DNA from: Octopus vulgaris
Lineage: Eukaryota
Length of the DNA: 64,000 nt
Reading direction: 5' to 3'
Assembly (NCBI GenBank): GCA_951406725.2
Contig: OX597826.1
Location: 58,404,001 to 58,468,000 of the forward strand
This document shows, piece by piece, positions 1 to 14,029 of the stretch (the first letter of the stretch is position 1; each line of letters opens with the position of its first letter). The translations under genes and the position numbers were made by a program. The notes beneath the pieces were generated by a model. That model was given only the letters and a program-made list of their open reading frames with translations, did no database searches and was not told the origin of the DNA.

Positions 1-18
1 ACAGACATATATATGTAT

Positions 19-63
<45 letters not shown>

Positions 64-153
64 TATATATATGTATATATATATGATATAGAGAGAGAGA
101 GAATATATATACATACACATATACATGCATGTATGTATATATATATTTATGTA

Positions 154-199
<46 letters not shown>

Positions 200-948
200 T
201 AGATATATTAATATATATACATATATAACTATGTGTGTGTATAAATATGTATCTTTCTCTCCCCCTCTCTCTCTATATATATACATACTTACAGGCATGT
301 ATGTATATACATAAACATATACCAATTTTCAAACACCTTCGTAGCCATAGATTTCAATGCCACTATGAAGATATGAAATCTAAGCAAAAATATATGATAA
401 AATTTTTAATACATGAGAAAAAGGAAATAAATTACTAGGATACGAAATTATGTAAAACCTCTCATAAATATTCATTTAAGAAATAATGAGCAAATATTTT
501 AACAATTAATTGAAAATTATTTTATAGAGGAAATGAGCAAAAAATATTACGCATGGATGTATGTATATATACTTTCCTATGTTAACGTAGATATGTACTA
601 ATGCATGTCATGTATGCAATTATATATATATATAGATAGATAGAGATACATACATACATACATATATATATAATATATATACCGAGTGTTTCACTATAAA
701 ACAAATTGCACACAATCAGTAGCAATATTCTTATACATTCATATACACAGAATCACACACATACACATGTATACATACATGCATCATACAAGCAGATATG
801 CACACACTAAAAGACACAGAAAGATATAGTTATGTGGGAGTCATCACTTGCCATATTTTTGTCGCCTGAAGGATCGCGTGTTGCGAGACACTTTGAGTAG
901 GTACAGAGCCAAATCATCAGTTTCGACCGAATATATATATATATATAC

Positions 949-1008
<60 letters not shown>

Positions 1009-1300
1009 CACACATGCATACATATATATAATGTACCTACGCATGTATGTATATAACGGTACATCGATATATGTGCATCTACGTATTTGTCTATATACAT
1101 ACTAGTATACGAAGAAACGTACTGACAAACACTCAAACACAAACACATATATATATACACTCAAACATGTGTAAGGACCACCAGCTACTTTCTGACAAAA
1201 ATATAATTTTGGCATGACACGCAATAAGAAATAAATTAAGCTTAGATACATGTATATATATATGTATGTATGTATATGTATGTATGTATGTATATATATT

Positions 1301-1331
<31 letters not shown>

Positions 1332-1364
1332 GTATATATATGTGTATAAATTTATAAAAATATG

Positions 1365-1407
<43 letters not shown>

Positions 1408-1640
1408 GCACATATATATACATATATATGCATATATACATATGCATATATGTATATTTGCGTATATATATGCATATGTATATGTATACATACATGCATA
1501 TATATATATATGCACATATATATACATATATATATGTATGTATGGACATACATTTCAATGCATGTATGTAATAGCATATGCACGTATGTATATATGTTTG
1601 TACACACACAAGCACACATACACACACACCCTTACATGTA
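1..1640. repeat. Mosaic (TA)n/(TACA)n/(CA)n microsatellite region with short unique islands
   Basis: Directly visible di- and tetranucleotide runs. The YIYI/MCVC ORFs here are artefacts. Confidence 0.95.
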
Positions 1641-1916
1641 TATATGAATAAATGAACAAGACGGAAGTGTGAAAAAATACCCAAAATCAGTCAAATTTTA
1701 AAAAAGAACACCATTTGTATATATATGTGAGTGTGTGTGTATGCATATATATATTAGTGTGTGTATGTGCATGCATGTATGTATGTATATATATAAACTG
1801 TTTAACAGAAATTTTCATCGTCCATTTTTGAGTGGGACAAATTATTCCTTGTGTGTTCTAATTGAGTTGGAAACGTCCCAGTATGATAACCCCAGGAGAA
1901 ATATAGGAAGAGAGGG

Positions 1917-1994
<78 letters not shown>

Positions 1995-2329
1995 ACACAC
2001 ACACACACATACATACATATATACAAGAACAAGAATAGCAAAATATCCGTCAAAAATTTTTCAAAAATTCCCTAACAAAAAAATGATTGTAAAATATGAA
2101 CTACAGCGCCAAATGAGCAATGGAGCTGAAGGCGTTATGTTTGAGACATTCAACTGGAATTTAATCACTTTTAAGACTCATTGTTAACAGACAAACACCT
2201 TGGCTGTCGTTGTTATCTTATTTGCCTTTTCATTTATTTAGTTGTTTGTTTAATTAATTGGCTGTGTTTTTGTGTTTGTTTGTTGGTTTTGATTAATTAG
2301 CTTTTAGGGAGTTGTGTTGTGATGCGGTG

Positions 2330-2361
2330 GAGTTGTAATGATCGTTGTAGTAGAAGTAGTT

Positions 2362-2403
<42 letters not shown>

Positions 2404-2617
2404 TTGGTTGTGGTTGTGTGGTGGTGGTAATGGTTTTTCTGTGTGGAGAGAGTGAGGGACAGACAGACAGACAGAGAGTCAGGGGCGTGATGATGCTGCA
2501 CAGCAGATGAGGACGAGAAAAAGATACGCGGTCGGCTGTGTACGGTTGATTGGGTCGTTGTTTGCGGTGGTAGTGCTGGCAGCAGCGGTGGCAGCGGCAG
2601 CAGTGGCGGTTGTGGTT

Positions 2618-2649
<32 letters not shown>

Positions 2650-3880
2650 GGCGGTGGTAGTGGTGGTGATGGTATGATGGTGATAGTAGTGATGGTGGAA
2701 TGGGGGTGACAGTGACAGAGGGGTGGTGGTGACAGTAGCTGTGGTTGTGGTGGTGATGACGGCAGTGGTAGCGATGGCGGGCTGGGATGATGAGAGTGAT
2801 TGATGGTGGTGCTAGTGATAGAGGGGTAGTAGTGATGGTGCTGATGGTGGTGCTGATGGTGATGATCGTAATGATAGTGTTGGTGTTGCTAACGATGGTT
2901 GTGGCAGTGGCGATGGTCATGGTAGGGAATGATGCTGGTGCTGGTGATGGTTGTGTTGGAGTAGTGTTGCTGGTTGAGTGGTTGAAGTGTTATGCAAAGG
3001 CAGTGGTGTGATGGCATAATATTGTATTGGTAGTAGTGGTGGTGCCGGTGATGGTAGTGGTATAAAGTTGTAATAATATGAGGATTGTGGAGGCACGTGG
3101 CTTAGTGGTCAGGGTTGTTGCACTCATGATCATAAGATTGTGGTTTCGATCCCTGGACTGGACGATGCTTCGTATTTTTGAGCAAAACACTTCATTGTAC
3201 ATTAGTGCATTGCACCCAGCAGGCAAAAAAAGAGTAATCTTGTGAGGCACTAGCGTCGTATCCAGGGACGTGTTAGGGGAATACACTCGCCATAGAATCC
3301 GGGAAACCGGCCTTATGAGACTGTGGCTTCGAGAAGAACCTTTGCTTCCTTTCTTTTCGTTTTATGTGGTAATTAGGTGGGAGTGGTTCTGTAATGGCGG
3401 TTATGGTGCTGTAGTAACGGTAGTAGTATGATATGTGGATGCGGTGGTGGTAGTTTTCTTGTGGTGTGATATGATTGTAGTTTCCTGGTACTACGTTGTA
3501 CTGGCGGTGTCGTGATTTTAGTGGTGTTGATATTAGTAATTGTGACAGTGGTGGTGGTGGTGTAGGTAGTTGTGGTGGTAGTGTTACTAAATGTTTTGTC
3601 GTTGTTGTTGTTGTTGGTGATAGTGGTGATAGATGCGGTGGTAGTTTTGCTAAACGTGGTGGTTGTGATGTTGGTAGTTGTGGTAGTGGTGGTGTTGGTA
3701 CCTGTGGTAGTGGTGGTGGTGTTAGTGGTAGTAGTTGTGGTAGTGGTGATGTTGCTAAATGTGGTGGTAGTGATCTTGGTAGTTGTGGTGGTGGTAATGG
3801 TGGTATTGGTATTTGTGGTGGTGGTGGTGGTGGTGGTGGTGGTGGTGGCAGTGGTGGTGGTGGCGGTGGTATTCCAAGAG
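2330..3880. repeat. Degenerate (GGT/AGT/GAT)n triplet low-complexity tracts
   Basis: gtagtagta and ggtggtggt runs. Confidence 0.9.
3088..3345 (+). mobile_element. tRNA-derived SINE, diverged
   Basis: A-box TGGCTTAGTGG, B-box-like GGTTTCGATCC, then TTGAGCAAAACACTT as in the related copies at 41.3 and 50.6 kb. Confidence 0.7.
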
Positions 3881-4221
3881 TTACTCTGGATGTTGTTTTA
3901 CAAACCCGGGTTAGGTCTGTTCGAGCAGACCTATGACCATGGGTACCCCAATTTTGGTTATCCTATCCTTTTTCAATGCACAAAGACCCAAAAGCACGTT
4001 TTTCAACATGTCTTCTTTTCAAAAAACAGGCGTGTTTTTAGGAAGATTTGACTACTATTTTTAGCTGTTTTTATGATTAGGAGTAACGGGTGAAGAGTAA
4101 TGTTGACTTATGTAGCACTATTCTTATGATCATATTTGTTAATCTTTTATTTGGTTCAGTCATTGGACTGTGGCGATGCTGGGGCACCGCCTTGAAGGTT
4201 TTACTCAAACAGATCTCTGCC

Positions 4222-4286
<65 letters not shown>

Positions 4287-4354
4287 ATATATGTGTGTGT
4301 GTGTGTGCGTGTGTGTGTGTGTATCTATATATCTCTCTCTATATATATATAGTC

Positions 4355-4439
4355 TCACTGCATCGCACCTTGGGCAAGTATCTTCTATTATAGCCTTGTG
4401 AGTGGATTTGGTAGATGGAAACTGAAAGAAGCTTGTCGC

Positions 4440-4473
<34 letters not shown>

Positions 4474-4655
4474 AAACATATATTTGTGTGCGTATCTGAG
4501 TTTGTCCCCACCACCATCGGTTCGGCAAAAGAGACCGATAGAATAAGTACTGGGCTTACAAAAGAACAAGTCCCGGGGTCGAGTTGCTCGATTAAAGGCG
4601 GTGCTCCAGCATGGTCACAGTCAAATGACTGAAACAAGTAAAAGAGTAAAGAGTA
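4355..4655 (+). mobile_element. SINE family A (internal TA/TG microsatellite), 5'-truncated
   Basis: Shares caccttgggcaagt...ggaaactgaaagaagc, gaccgatagaataagtac and gactgaaacaagtaaaagag with the copies at 10014 and 43418. Confidence 0.85.
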
Positions 4656-4663
4656 TATGATTT

Positions 4664-4870
4664 AAGGCGGTGAGCTTGCAGAATTATTAGCCCGTCGGAC
4701 AAAATGCTTTATAACATTCTTTTCTGATTCTTTACGTACTTCGTTTAAATACTTCGGAGGTCAACCTTGCCTCGCTCCCATTGGGAGTCGATAAAATAGA
4801 GTACCAGTAAAGTACTGGGGTCAATGTCATCGATTTGTTCCCTTCCTCCCCACTCAAAATTGCTGGCTTT
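4664..4870 (+). mobile_element. SINE family B, diverged
   Basis: aaggcggtgagcttgcaga head and gtcgataaaatagagtaccag core. Confidence 0.7.
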
Positions 4871-5378
4871 GACGCTTTCAAGAAACCGACGTTCTTTTTA
4901 GTGGGGTGTTGCGTTTTTGTTCATTGACACACAATGGAAAAAAAACCTTATGTTTCCTAGGGCTCAGAAAATATCTCAGAGAAGCTCCCACAATCGCTCA
5001 CTCAAGTTTCCTTTTAACTACATGTAACTAAAACACTAACAGCTTAAACACGGGATTTTTTCTATCATGAAATTGGAAATATATCGCAAGAGATTGAAGC
5101 CATACGGCTGAACCAATGAAAATCCAACAACGATTACTCAAAAAAATAAGAGTAATGATCAGAAGTTACTGTTCTTAATAAACAGAGATCTACAGATCCG
5201 GGAAAACTTTGCAAGAGTTGTGAAAGTTTAGGTGTTGACTGACTAAATTATTTGAATGAGTAATTGACTAAATGCCAAACAAAGAAAATGGTGTCTTAGA
5301 AGCTGGTACTTTTACGGTTGAAATAATCCTTACATGTTGAACGCACTATTGACAGATGAAAGACATGGATAAATAGAT

Positions 5379-5420
<42 letters not shown>

Positions 5421-5611
5421 TATATATATATATAAACATATGTATACATATATGTATGCATATATGTATACATACATATATATATACACATATGCATATA
5501 AGTATATATAATTATATATAATATAAACAGTATTACATATGAATATATATATACATATATTTACAGATATATATGTATATATATATATGTTTATATATTT
5601 ATATACATATA

Positions 5612-5661
<50 letters not shown>

Positions 5662-5987
5662 AACTTATATGCATACTTTCAAAGATAACTGCACATAGGC
5701 ATGCAAAACAGAAACATCAAATAAATTGAAATAGGCATACATGTGTACAGAATATAAATAAATAATATATATATATATATATACATACATACGAATATTG
5801 TGTGTTCCTCTGTGTGTGTGTGTGTGTGTGTGTTTATGTGTATATTCGCGCGTGTGCATGTTTGTGTGAATGCGTATGTTTGTGTATTACATTCTCACAT
5901 ACACATTTACAGATATATTCCCAAATAGTCTATTTCTCTCTTTCTCTTTTTCTTCTCTCTTTCTCTCGCACACACATATACATATTG

Positions 5988-6095
<108 letters not shown>

Positions 6096-6360
6096 ATGTG
6101 TGTGTGTGTGTGTGTGTGCGCCTGCCCTTGATCCTTCATTCTCCCCAGGTCTGTAAAACCTGTAGCAGGAAAATATCCTCAAATAAGCATCAGGCCCGTA
6201 CTGTTAGGTTATGCATTGGACTCTGGTAAAAGGCACACAAATACCTAGCGGTGTTGATAAACCGGGGGATAGATTGCATCAGTTTCTTGAAATGATTTTG
6301 ATCACAAACCTTTTTGATCAGGGTTGACCTAGGGTTAAACAACAGCTGTGACAACATCTA

Positions 6361-6537
6361 CCTATTTCTTTACTACCCACAAGGGCTAAACACAGAGGGG
6401 ACAAACAAGGACAGACAAACGGATTAAGCCGATTACATCGACCCCAGTGCGTAACTGGTACTTATTTAATCGATCCCGAAAGGATGAAAGGCAAAGTCGA
6501 CCTCGGTGGAGTTTAAACTCATAACGTAGCGGCAGAC
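6361..6537 (-). mobile_element. SINE family B monomer with long tail
   Basis: Reverse complement of gtcgactttgcctttcatcctttcggg...aaagaaatagg. Confidence 0.85.
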
Positions 6538-6852
6538 GTCTAAGACACCGCCCATGTGGGTATCAGCTCAAGTATACATTTCATGTCTGTTACTCATCAT
6601 CCGTTTTTTGCTGATGCCTGTTAAGTTTCAGGAACGTAATGAAACCAACACCGGTTATCAAGCAGGCGGAGAGGAGAAGCATAACAGTGTGATTCATTTA
6701 CATTAACCCCAGGATTTTCTCGAAATCTTTTGCCGAACCGCTAAGTTTCGGGGACATAAACATACCAACATCAGTTGCCAAGCGATGGTGGGGGAAGAAA
6801 CACAAAACACAAACATATACATACAAAATACATACATACATACATAAATATA

Positions 6853-6912
<60 letters not shown>

Positions 6913-6941
6913 TTCATACATTTGATATATATATAAGTATA

Positions 6942-7000
<59 letters not shown>

Positions 7001-8051
7001 GGTGGCTTATTCGCAATTTACAACCGAAAGCCAGAAGTATAGACGTCACAGATGTGACTAAAGGTACTATTCAGCACCAGCATTGCTAGAAATAAGAGTC
7101 AAAGCAACTCTTAGCCACGGGAGAGCATTTATCTTATGACAGACAAGGGAAGCAAGCTCCCTACAGCTCCCTACAAACACACACACACACAAGCTCATAA
7201 ATATGTACTCTTTTCCTCCCCCCCCATACACATACGCACTTATATAATATGCATGCATATATATATATATATATATAAGCATATATATATATATATATCA
7301 GTGCACACGCAGATATATGCGATTGTAGGTAGATACATCGAGATACATACACATGTAATATAAATTTCACACAGAAATCCTTTCACATCATCACAGCAAC
7401 AACACTTGCTAAACTCATATATCCTAATATATCGATAGGAGAACAACTAGCAGCATTATATCACCAACACTACCACCTCCACCATTACCACCAGCACCAC
7501 CACCAGCACCACCACTACCACCACCACCAACAACAACAACAAAAGCAACAACAACTACGACCCCCATCACCACCAACACAGCTGTAGAAATGCAACGGCA
7601 GTCATAATATTTCGGTGACTACCGCCCAAGTCAAAAGAAACGCTTCACTGATTCCTTAATTGATTTAATCGGAAACCAAGAAGAAAAGAGGCCAAAAAGG
7701 AGAAGAGGTGAAAGAAAAAAAAAAAACTAATAATAATGATAATATAAAAAATGTCTGACACATCTTTTACCGGAAGTAAATGTGAAATTGTCGCTTCAGT
7801 TGTTGCAACTTTGTAAGCCCGAGGAATTTATATATTTTACAAGCTGTTGTTGGGTGAGATTAACAGTATGCTGAAAAAAAAAGTGATATAGTAACAATAT
7901 GGCGATGATAGGTGGTAATGGTGTGTAAAGAGATGTCGTAGAAGCAAAGTAAAGAAATTTGGTAACAGTTTGGTAAAGAAATGCGGTAAATATAATATTG
8001 TAGAAAGGTAGTAACAAACAGCAGTGTTGGTTGAATGTTAAATAACTATCG

Positions 8052-8482
8052 ATTTCAAACTTTGGCACAATGCCAGCAATTTCTGGAGAAGGGAATAATC
8101 GATTACATCGACCCCAATGTTCAGCTGGTACTTATTTTATCGACTCTGAAAAGATGAAAGGCAAAGTCGGCCTCGGTGGAATTTGAACTCAGAAACGAAT
8201 GAAATACCCCTAAGCATTTTGCCCGATATGCTAACGACTCTGACTGCTCGCCGCCTTATTGATAATAGTAACATCGGTTTTAAATTTTGGCCAATAATTT
8301 CGCCGGAGTGGGTGAATCGATTACATCTATCCCAGTGTTCAGCTGGTACTTGTTTATCGAACCTGATAGGATGAAAGGCAAAGTTGACCTCGGCTGAATT
8401 TGAACTCGGAACGTAGAGACGAACAAAATGTCGCTAAGCACTTTTTCCCGGGGTGCTAACAATCCTGCTAGATTACGGCCCT
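8052..8482 (-). mobile_element. Two adjacent SINE family B copies
   Basis: Two gatgaaaggcaaagt...aatttgaactc cores (about 8050-8256 and 8277-8482). Confidence 0.8.
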
Positions 8483-8998
8483 ACATGGTAAATAAACATA
8501 TTAAATGTGTGAGAAAGAGATGTGGCAACTGTGTGATAATGATATCTCAGTATCAACCAGTTAGCTTAACATATCGCTGACTGGGAGAGGGATTACTGCT
8601 GTCGCTAGCTGTCGAGTGTCCATCACTGACAAGACAAAATAAGGTCAAAATAACGTGATCTGGTGGTCCTGAAGTTGGAGATGGAGAAGATTTATCTCCC
8701 CGTTAGCATTTTGGTGCATTTTGCACCAAAAAGACAGTGTGAGAGTTTCTCCTCATAGCAACTACCGCAGTAAAGTTTGTTCTAATACGAAATCCACGTT
8801 TAAGTGAGGATAATTGCTTCTCGGCATTAATGCTGCCTCTGTCGCTAATACACATACACATGCGCACACACACACACATACATACACACACACACACACA
8901 CACACGGACATATACATACATATATGTAAGTATTTATATATTAGTGTGTGTATTTATGTATATACATATACACATATATACTTATATCTATATAGACA

Positions 8999-9033
<35 letters not shown>

Positions 9034-9143
9034 GGAAATTTCATATATATTAATATATATATAAATCTAGATAGATAAATAAATAAAAAAATATATATAT
9101 AAATATAGATAGATAAATAAATATATATATAAATATAATATAT

Positions 9144-9197
<54 letters not shown>

Positions 9198-10013
9198 CAT
9201 ATACATACATCCATACATAAAAATACACACACATACATATATATGTATGTGTGTATATATTCTGATATAACACAATACAACACGAATGAATCCCAATTAC
9301 AAAAATGGCATTAATAACATATCGAAAGATTAAAAATGGCAACTTTTAAAAACCTAACCCTTTCCAACGAATCACAATCAGGGTGTACCGGTACGAACGG
9401 TTGAACAAACCAAAATAAATAGTGTAGTTTATATACACAAAAAATGCACAAAAATGATACAGAAAAATGCAGTGTGCATGTTTCATCATTCTAACCGTTG
9501 CATAGCTCACATAACACCACCATTGGTAACCGGAACTCATAACAATATAATTCACAGCATCAAAACAACGCCAGTTACAATAACATTAGTCATGTAACAA
9601 CACAAACATTTATTAACAGGATTCTCAATAGAGCTTGAAGAGTTAGTCATGGGATTTATATTAGAGGTAATGTTTAAACACAATCATTAATATACAGGTT
9701 GTGCATTCTATTAACAAAACATCACTTCCTGATTACTTAAAGAAACCACGAAGTTGGCGGCAATAGCAAACGTCACCTTTAACCCATTTAATTCGCAGGA
9801 GGCGAAAGAGGCAGTAAATATGTGGTCTGTTGATGTGCTAGAAATACCAAGCAAACACCAATCAAATGTAGTAGAATTGCAAGGATTTAAGAGTTGTATA
9901 GAGAGCTTCGAGGTATTTCTTGCGACGCCCTACGTTCTGAGACCAAATATCGCTTGCGTTGTCTTTGCTTTCTAGTCTTTTGAGACCGATAAATAAATAA
10001 AAAATAATAAAAT

Positions 10014-10169
10014 GAGTGGCTGTGTGGTATGTAGCTTGCTTACCAACCACATGGTTCTACGTTCAGTCCCATTGTGTGGCACCTTGGGCAAGTGTCGTCT
10101 ACTATAGCCTCGGGCCGACCAAATCCTTGTGAGTGGATATGGTAGACGGAAACTGAAACAAGTCCGTCG

Positions 10170-10202
<33 letters not shown>

Positions 10203-10405
10203 GTATGTATGTGTGTGTATATGTTTGTGTGTCTGTGTTTGTCTCCCCCACCATCGCTTGACAACAGATTCTGGTGTGTTTACGTCCCCGTAACTTAGCG
10301 GTTCGGCAAAAACAGACCGATAGAATAAGTACTAGGCTTGACTAAAGTCGGTGCTCCAGCATGGCCGCAGTCAGATGACTGAAACAAGTAAAAGAGTAAA
10401 AGAGT
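10014..10405 (+). mobile_element. SINE family A, full length
   Basis: tRNA-like head gagtggctgtgtggta...gttcagtccc, central (TA)n(TG)n, and a tail of short aaaagagt repeats. Confidence 0.9.
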
Positions 10406-10789
10406 TCAAGACAGTGAGTTTGATAGAAATACTACGGGGTCTGGCAGAGATACCTTCCGCTCCCGGTTCCGACTCTAGGTTATGTTATTTAAAAAAAGTA
10501 GGGACTTAGTTATAAGGGAGTTGGGGCGAAACTTCATTATGTGAAATTTGTTGCGTGTCCTATTGCCAGTGCTAGTAAGCTGTATCATTATTGATATGTG
10601 GTTGTTCCTTACGTTTAGATTCTTTGAAGTTTTGATACTTATGGTAATTGTGTTTTAACGGGATTAAATGGCTTAAACCTAAAGCTATCTGAGAAATTTG
10701 GCTAGAGTTATTTCAATCTGATACGGATTGTGTGCAACTCTGTCTGTTGAACGCAGTATCTGATCCAGTTACTAATACTGTACTTGAGG

Positions 10790-11003
10790 AAGACGGCAAG
10801 CTTGCAGACTCGTTAGCACGCCGGACGAAATGCTTAGCGGTATTTCGCCCGTCTTTACGTTCTGAGTTCAGATTCCGCCGAGGTCGACGTTGTCTTTCAT
10901 CATTTTGGGGTCGCTAAATTAAGTACCACTTGCGTACTGGGGTCGATCTAATCGACTGGCCCCCTCCCTAAAAATTTCGGGCCTTGTACCTAGAGTAGAA
11001 TAG
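10790..11003 (+). mobile_element. SINE family B
   Basis: gttagcacgccggacgaaatgcttagcggtatttcg...aaaatttcgggccttgtacctagagtagaa. Confidence 0.85.
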
Positions 11004-11149
11004 AGGTCCACTTTGCCTTTCATCCTTTCTGTCAATGTAATCGACTTACCCACTCCATCAAAATTGTTCCCTGTCTGTTTCTCTATCTGGCTGTATGTCT
11101 ATCCCTCTCTTTCTTTCTCTCTCTCTTCATACTACGCAATCGACAGCTT

Positions 11150-11450
11150 TGGTTCACACCTGCTTCCACGTTTCCGATCCGCCGGCCTGTCCTTCCTTTT
11201 CAACAATTCCTTAGGGTCTACCACGATTCCTACTTCTTTCAGGGGTCCATTTGATGGCTGTCGTACAGTCGTTATCATGATCTTTCCTTAGAATATGGCC
11301 GATGTACTTCAACCTCCTTCTGCGTACTTCGCTGATTATGCTCTCAATTCTAGCTCTCTCGAGCGCAGTGGTTTTCTTTGTGTGGTCTGGCAACCATATT
11401 TTAAATATCCATCTCAGATGACAGGCCTGATGACGTGGATGAGACATATC
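11150..11450 (-). mobile_element. RTE-clade LINE fragment (ORF C-terminus)
   Basis: LRWIFKIWLPD...RRRRLKYIGHILRK...AIKWTPERSRNRGRP matches the RTE motif RRLxWxGHxxR...WxP...RxxGRP. Confidence 0.8.
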
Positions 11451-12164
11451 ATGTATCTTTCGTCGAGACAGGTAAGTGCTAAGCTGAGAATTCTGTTAGT
11501 ATAAACGCGGTATCACACATACTAACACAATGTGAATACATACACACTATAGGTCACGAGATCACATACAGTTGACCTGTACATTTCATTATCTGAATCC
11601 TTTTATACAAACTTTTTGGCTAATGTTACAGACAAGACGCAATGTATGCTATTTATATTCAGAATCAAGAGACACATCCGCAATTAAAACTATTTTATCG
11701 TAAATTCTTTAACCAATCACTAGTTTTCACATATAACTACATTCATAAGGTCATCTCAGAGTTCTTTAAGAGAATTCTTCATAGAATTTTTCTTCAGAAT
11801 TAGTGAAAAATATTTCTATAAAAGACCAAGTTATTCACAGATGTTCAATAGAATTTCTCTTCAATTTTAACAAATTTCTATGGATTAATTTCTATAAATT
11901 TTTATAGTTCTTAATATATTGTTATATGTCCGTACGTTAAAAACAGTAATTACAACTAAGCTGTTTTCAGTGTGACCTGAACAGATGCAATCGCGGTGTA
12001 TGTAAGAAAATTTCAGACACAATAAAATTGGTCACTTGAATGGTGCGAGCGAGAAATTCTCAATTTTGAATATTATTCCACACCATCTAACGGTTACTCA
12101 GTACTTTGTTTCGCTTAGTAGAATTGCATAACACTGGATATATATATATATATATATATATATA

Positions 12165-12320
12165 CTTCTTTCAGTCATGGGGCCATGCTGGAGCGCTGCC
12201 TTGATATGTTTTAGTGGAAAAGACCCGCCAAATTACGGATATATAGACCCACCAACAGCGGTGGTCAAGAACAGATGGGGGTGGGGTGACAAACACAGAC
12301 ACAAAGACAAACGCACACAA
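12165..12320 (-). mobile_element. SINE family A 3' part
   Basis: ccatgctggagcgctgcc and gacaaacacagacac, reverse complement of the family A tail. Confidence 0.7.
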
Positions 12321-12431
12321 CCAGATATACACATACATACATACATACATATGCATATATGTGTATATATGTATATATATATTCATATATATATGTGTAT
12401 AAATATGTATATATATATATATGTATGTATA

Positions 12432-12501
<70 letters not shown>

Positions 12502-12699
12502 TAATATAAAACTTACTTGGAAGAGAATGCCTGGCGTTCAATCATATAATAATATAAATAATATATATGGATATATGCATATATACATACATATATGTAC
12601 GTACATACATCTATACGTATATATATATATATATGCATATGTGAGGACAGGATATCCTGAAACGTGTAGAACAAAGAAATATGAAGTACGAGTACATGG

Positions 12700-12870
12700 A
12701 ATATGAACGACAGAACAGAGGTTATTGTCAGCTATTACTCCTATATCTCTATATGAACTATTTTTCCGAATAACGAAAGACACAAATAGAAAACATTCGA
12801 GCAGTTGCTCCCGCAAAGCAAATTAGACAAAACTTGGGATTTTGCAGCGGGTCAAACTTGATAACACAAA
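12700..12870 (-). mobile_element. CR1/L2-like LINE fragment (inverted partner of the 13.3-14.0 kb piece)
   Basis: [20 protein letters not shown] resembles the RDLGVxxDxxLxFxxHI motif. Confidence 0.55.
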
Positions 12871-13324
12871 CAGGACAGTGAAAACAAAGAAGAAGAGCTG
12901 CTAAGCATAAATGAGGTTGTGGTGGCGAACGCGTAAATCAAGCTTGGGCAGGAGCCAGACAAGTACACCTCTTCCTTGTCCCAACTACAACGGAGAGAAA
13001 GAAACACAAGTTATGAGAAGAAGGAAAGATGGCCGATGGCCACGTGGGAACCACGTGAGCAAGGTGTGTGGGAGAGCGAGTAACAAGTAATAGGATAGAA
13101 TAGTGGGAGAAGAGGAGGTAAAAGAATAAGAGAGAGGACGAGAGAAAAACGAAAGAGTAGAAATATTGTACAGAGTGCACATCAGAATTATTAAAATAAA
13201 ACTTACTTGTAAGAGGATGCTGTGGCGTTCAAGCACACGCATGCACACACATGCACACAGATACTCTCACACACACTCACACACATATATATATAACAAT
13301 TCATTTTGGCCTAGCTGGAGGTAA

Positions 13325-13990
13325 CAGACTCCCAGATCGCAACCAGTTTGGCTTTCGATATGCAAAATACGTTTCAACACATTTTCTACACCTTATTGAT
13401 GATCTTTTAAATAGTTTGGCTTGTAGCAAAGCTAGAGATATAGGAGTAATAGCTGACAATAACCTCTGTTCTGTCGTCCATATCAATAATGAAAATGTAA
13501 TCCGGTTGGATATAGAAAGAAAGGTAGGCCTAAGGACTCGTGGCGTAGATCAACACAAAAGGAACTAGAGAAAGGGGGACATTCATGGCAGAGTATAAGT
13601 ACAGAAGCGAAAACTTATGCGACATGGAATTCAATTATAAGTGGCCTATACTCTGCGTTGGAGGGTTAAAGGCAGAAAAGAAAGACCATCAGCTCTCACT
13701 GCTCAAACGAAGTTAGCTTCCAACTTTTAAAATCAGCCAAGTTTATGATCCTGTAATATACGACTCATCCAAAAATGGAATTCACAGCGTATAACTGCAT
13801 TGTGATACAACTATTTTAATGTAGTTGACCGGCCCTGCTCTATTAAATATTACCTCGTGACAAATCGTGACAGAACGGACTCCATACACTTCAGACAGAA
13901 TTTGGACAAATTCCTCTTTGAAATACTGAACAAACTATCAACACTAATAAGTTTCACCTAATAACAATTCCTTATATAGATTGGTTCTGG
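13325..13990 (+). mobile_element. Decayed CR1-like LINE with internal deletions
   Basis: NQFGFRYAKYVSTHFLHLIDDLL (QxGFR motif), RDIGVIADNNL, and C-terminal FRQNLDKFLFEI...NNSL typical of CR1 ORF2 ends. Confidence 0.65.
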
Positions 13991-14029
13991 TTTCACATAC
14001 GTGCATACATATGTACATGCATGCATAAG

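Noticed and set aside
9754-9975. 73-aa non-repetitive ORF as a coding exon
   Set aside because: Non-ATG start, no recognisable domain and no clear splice sites.
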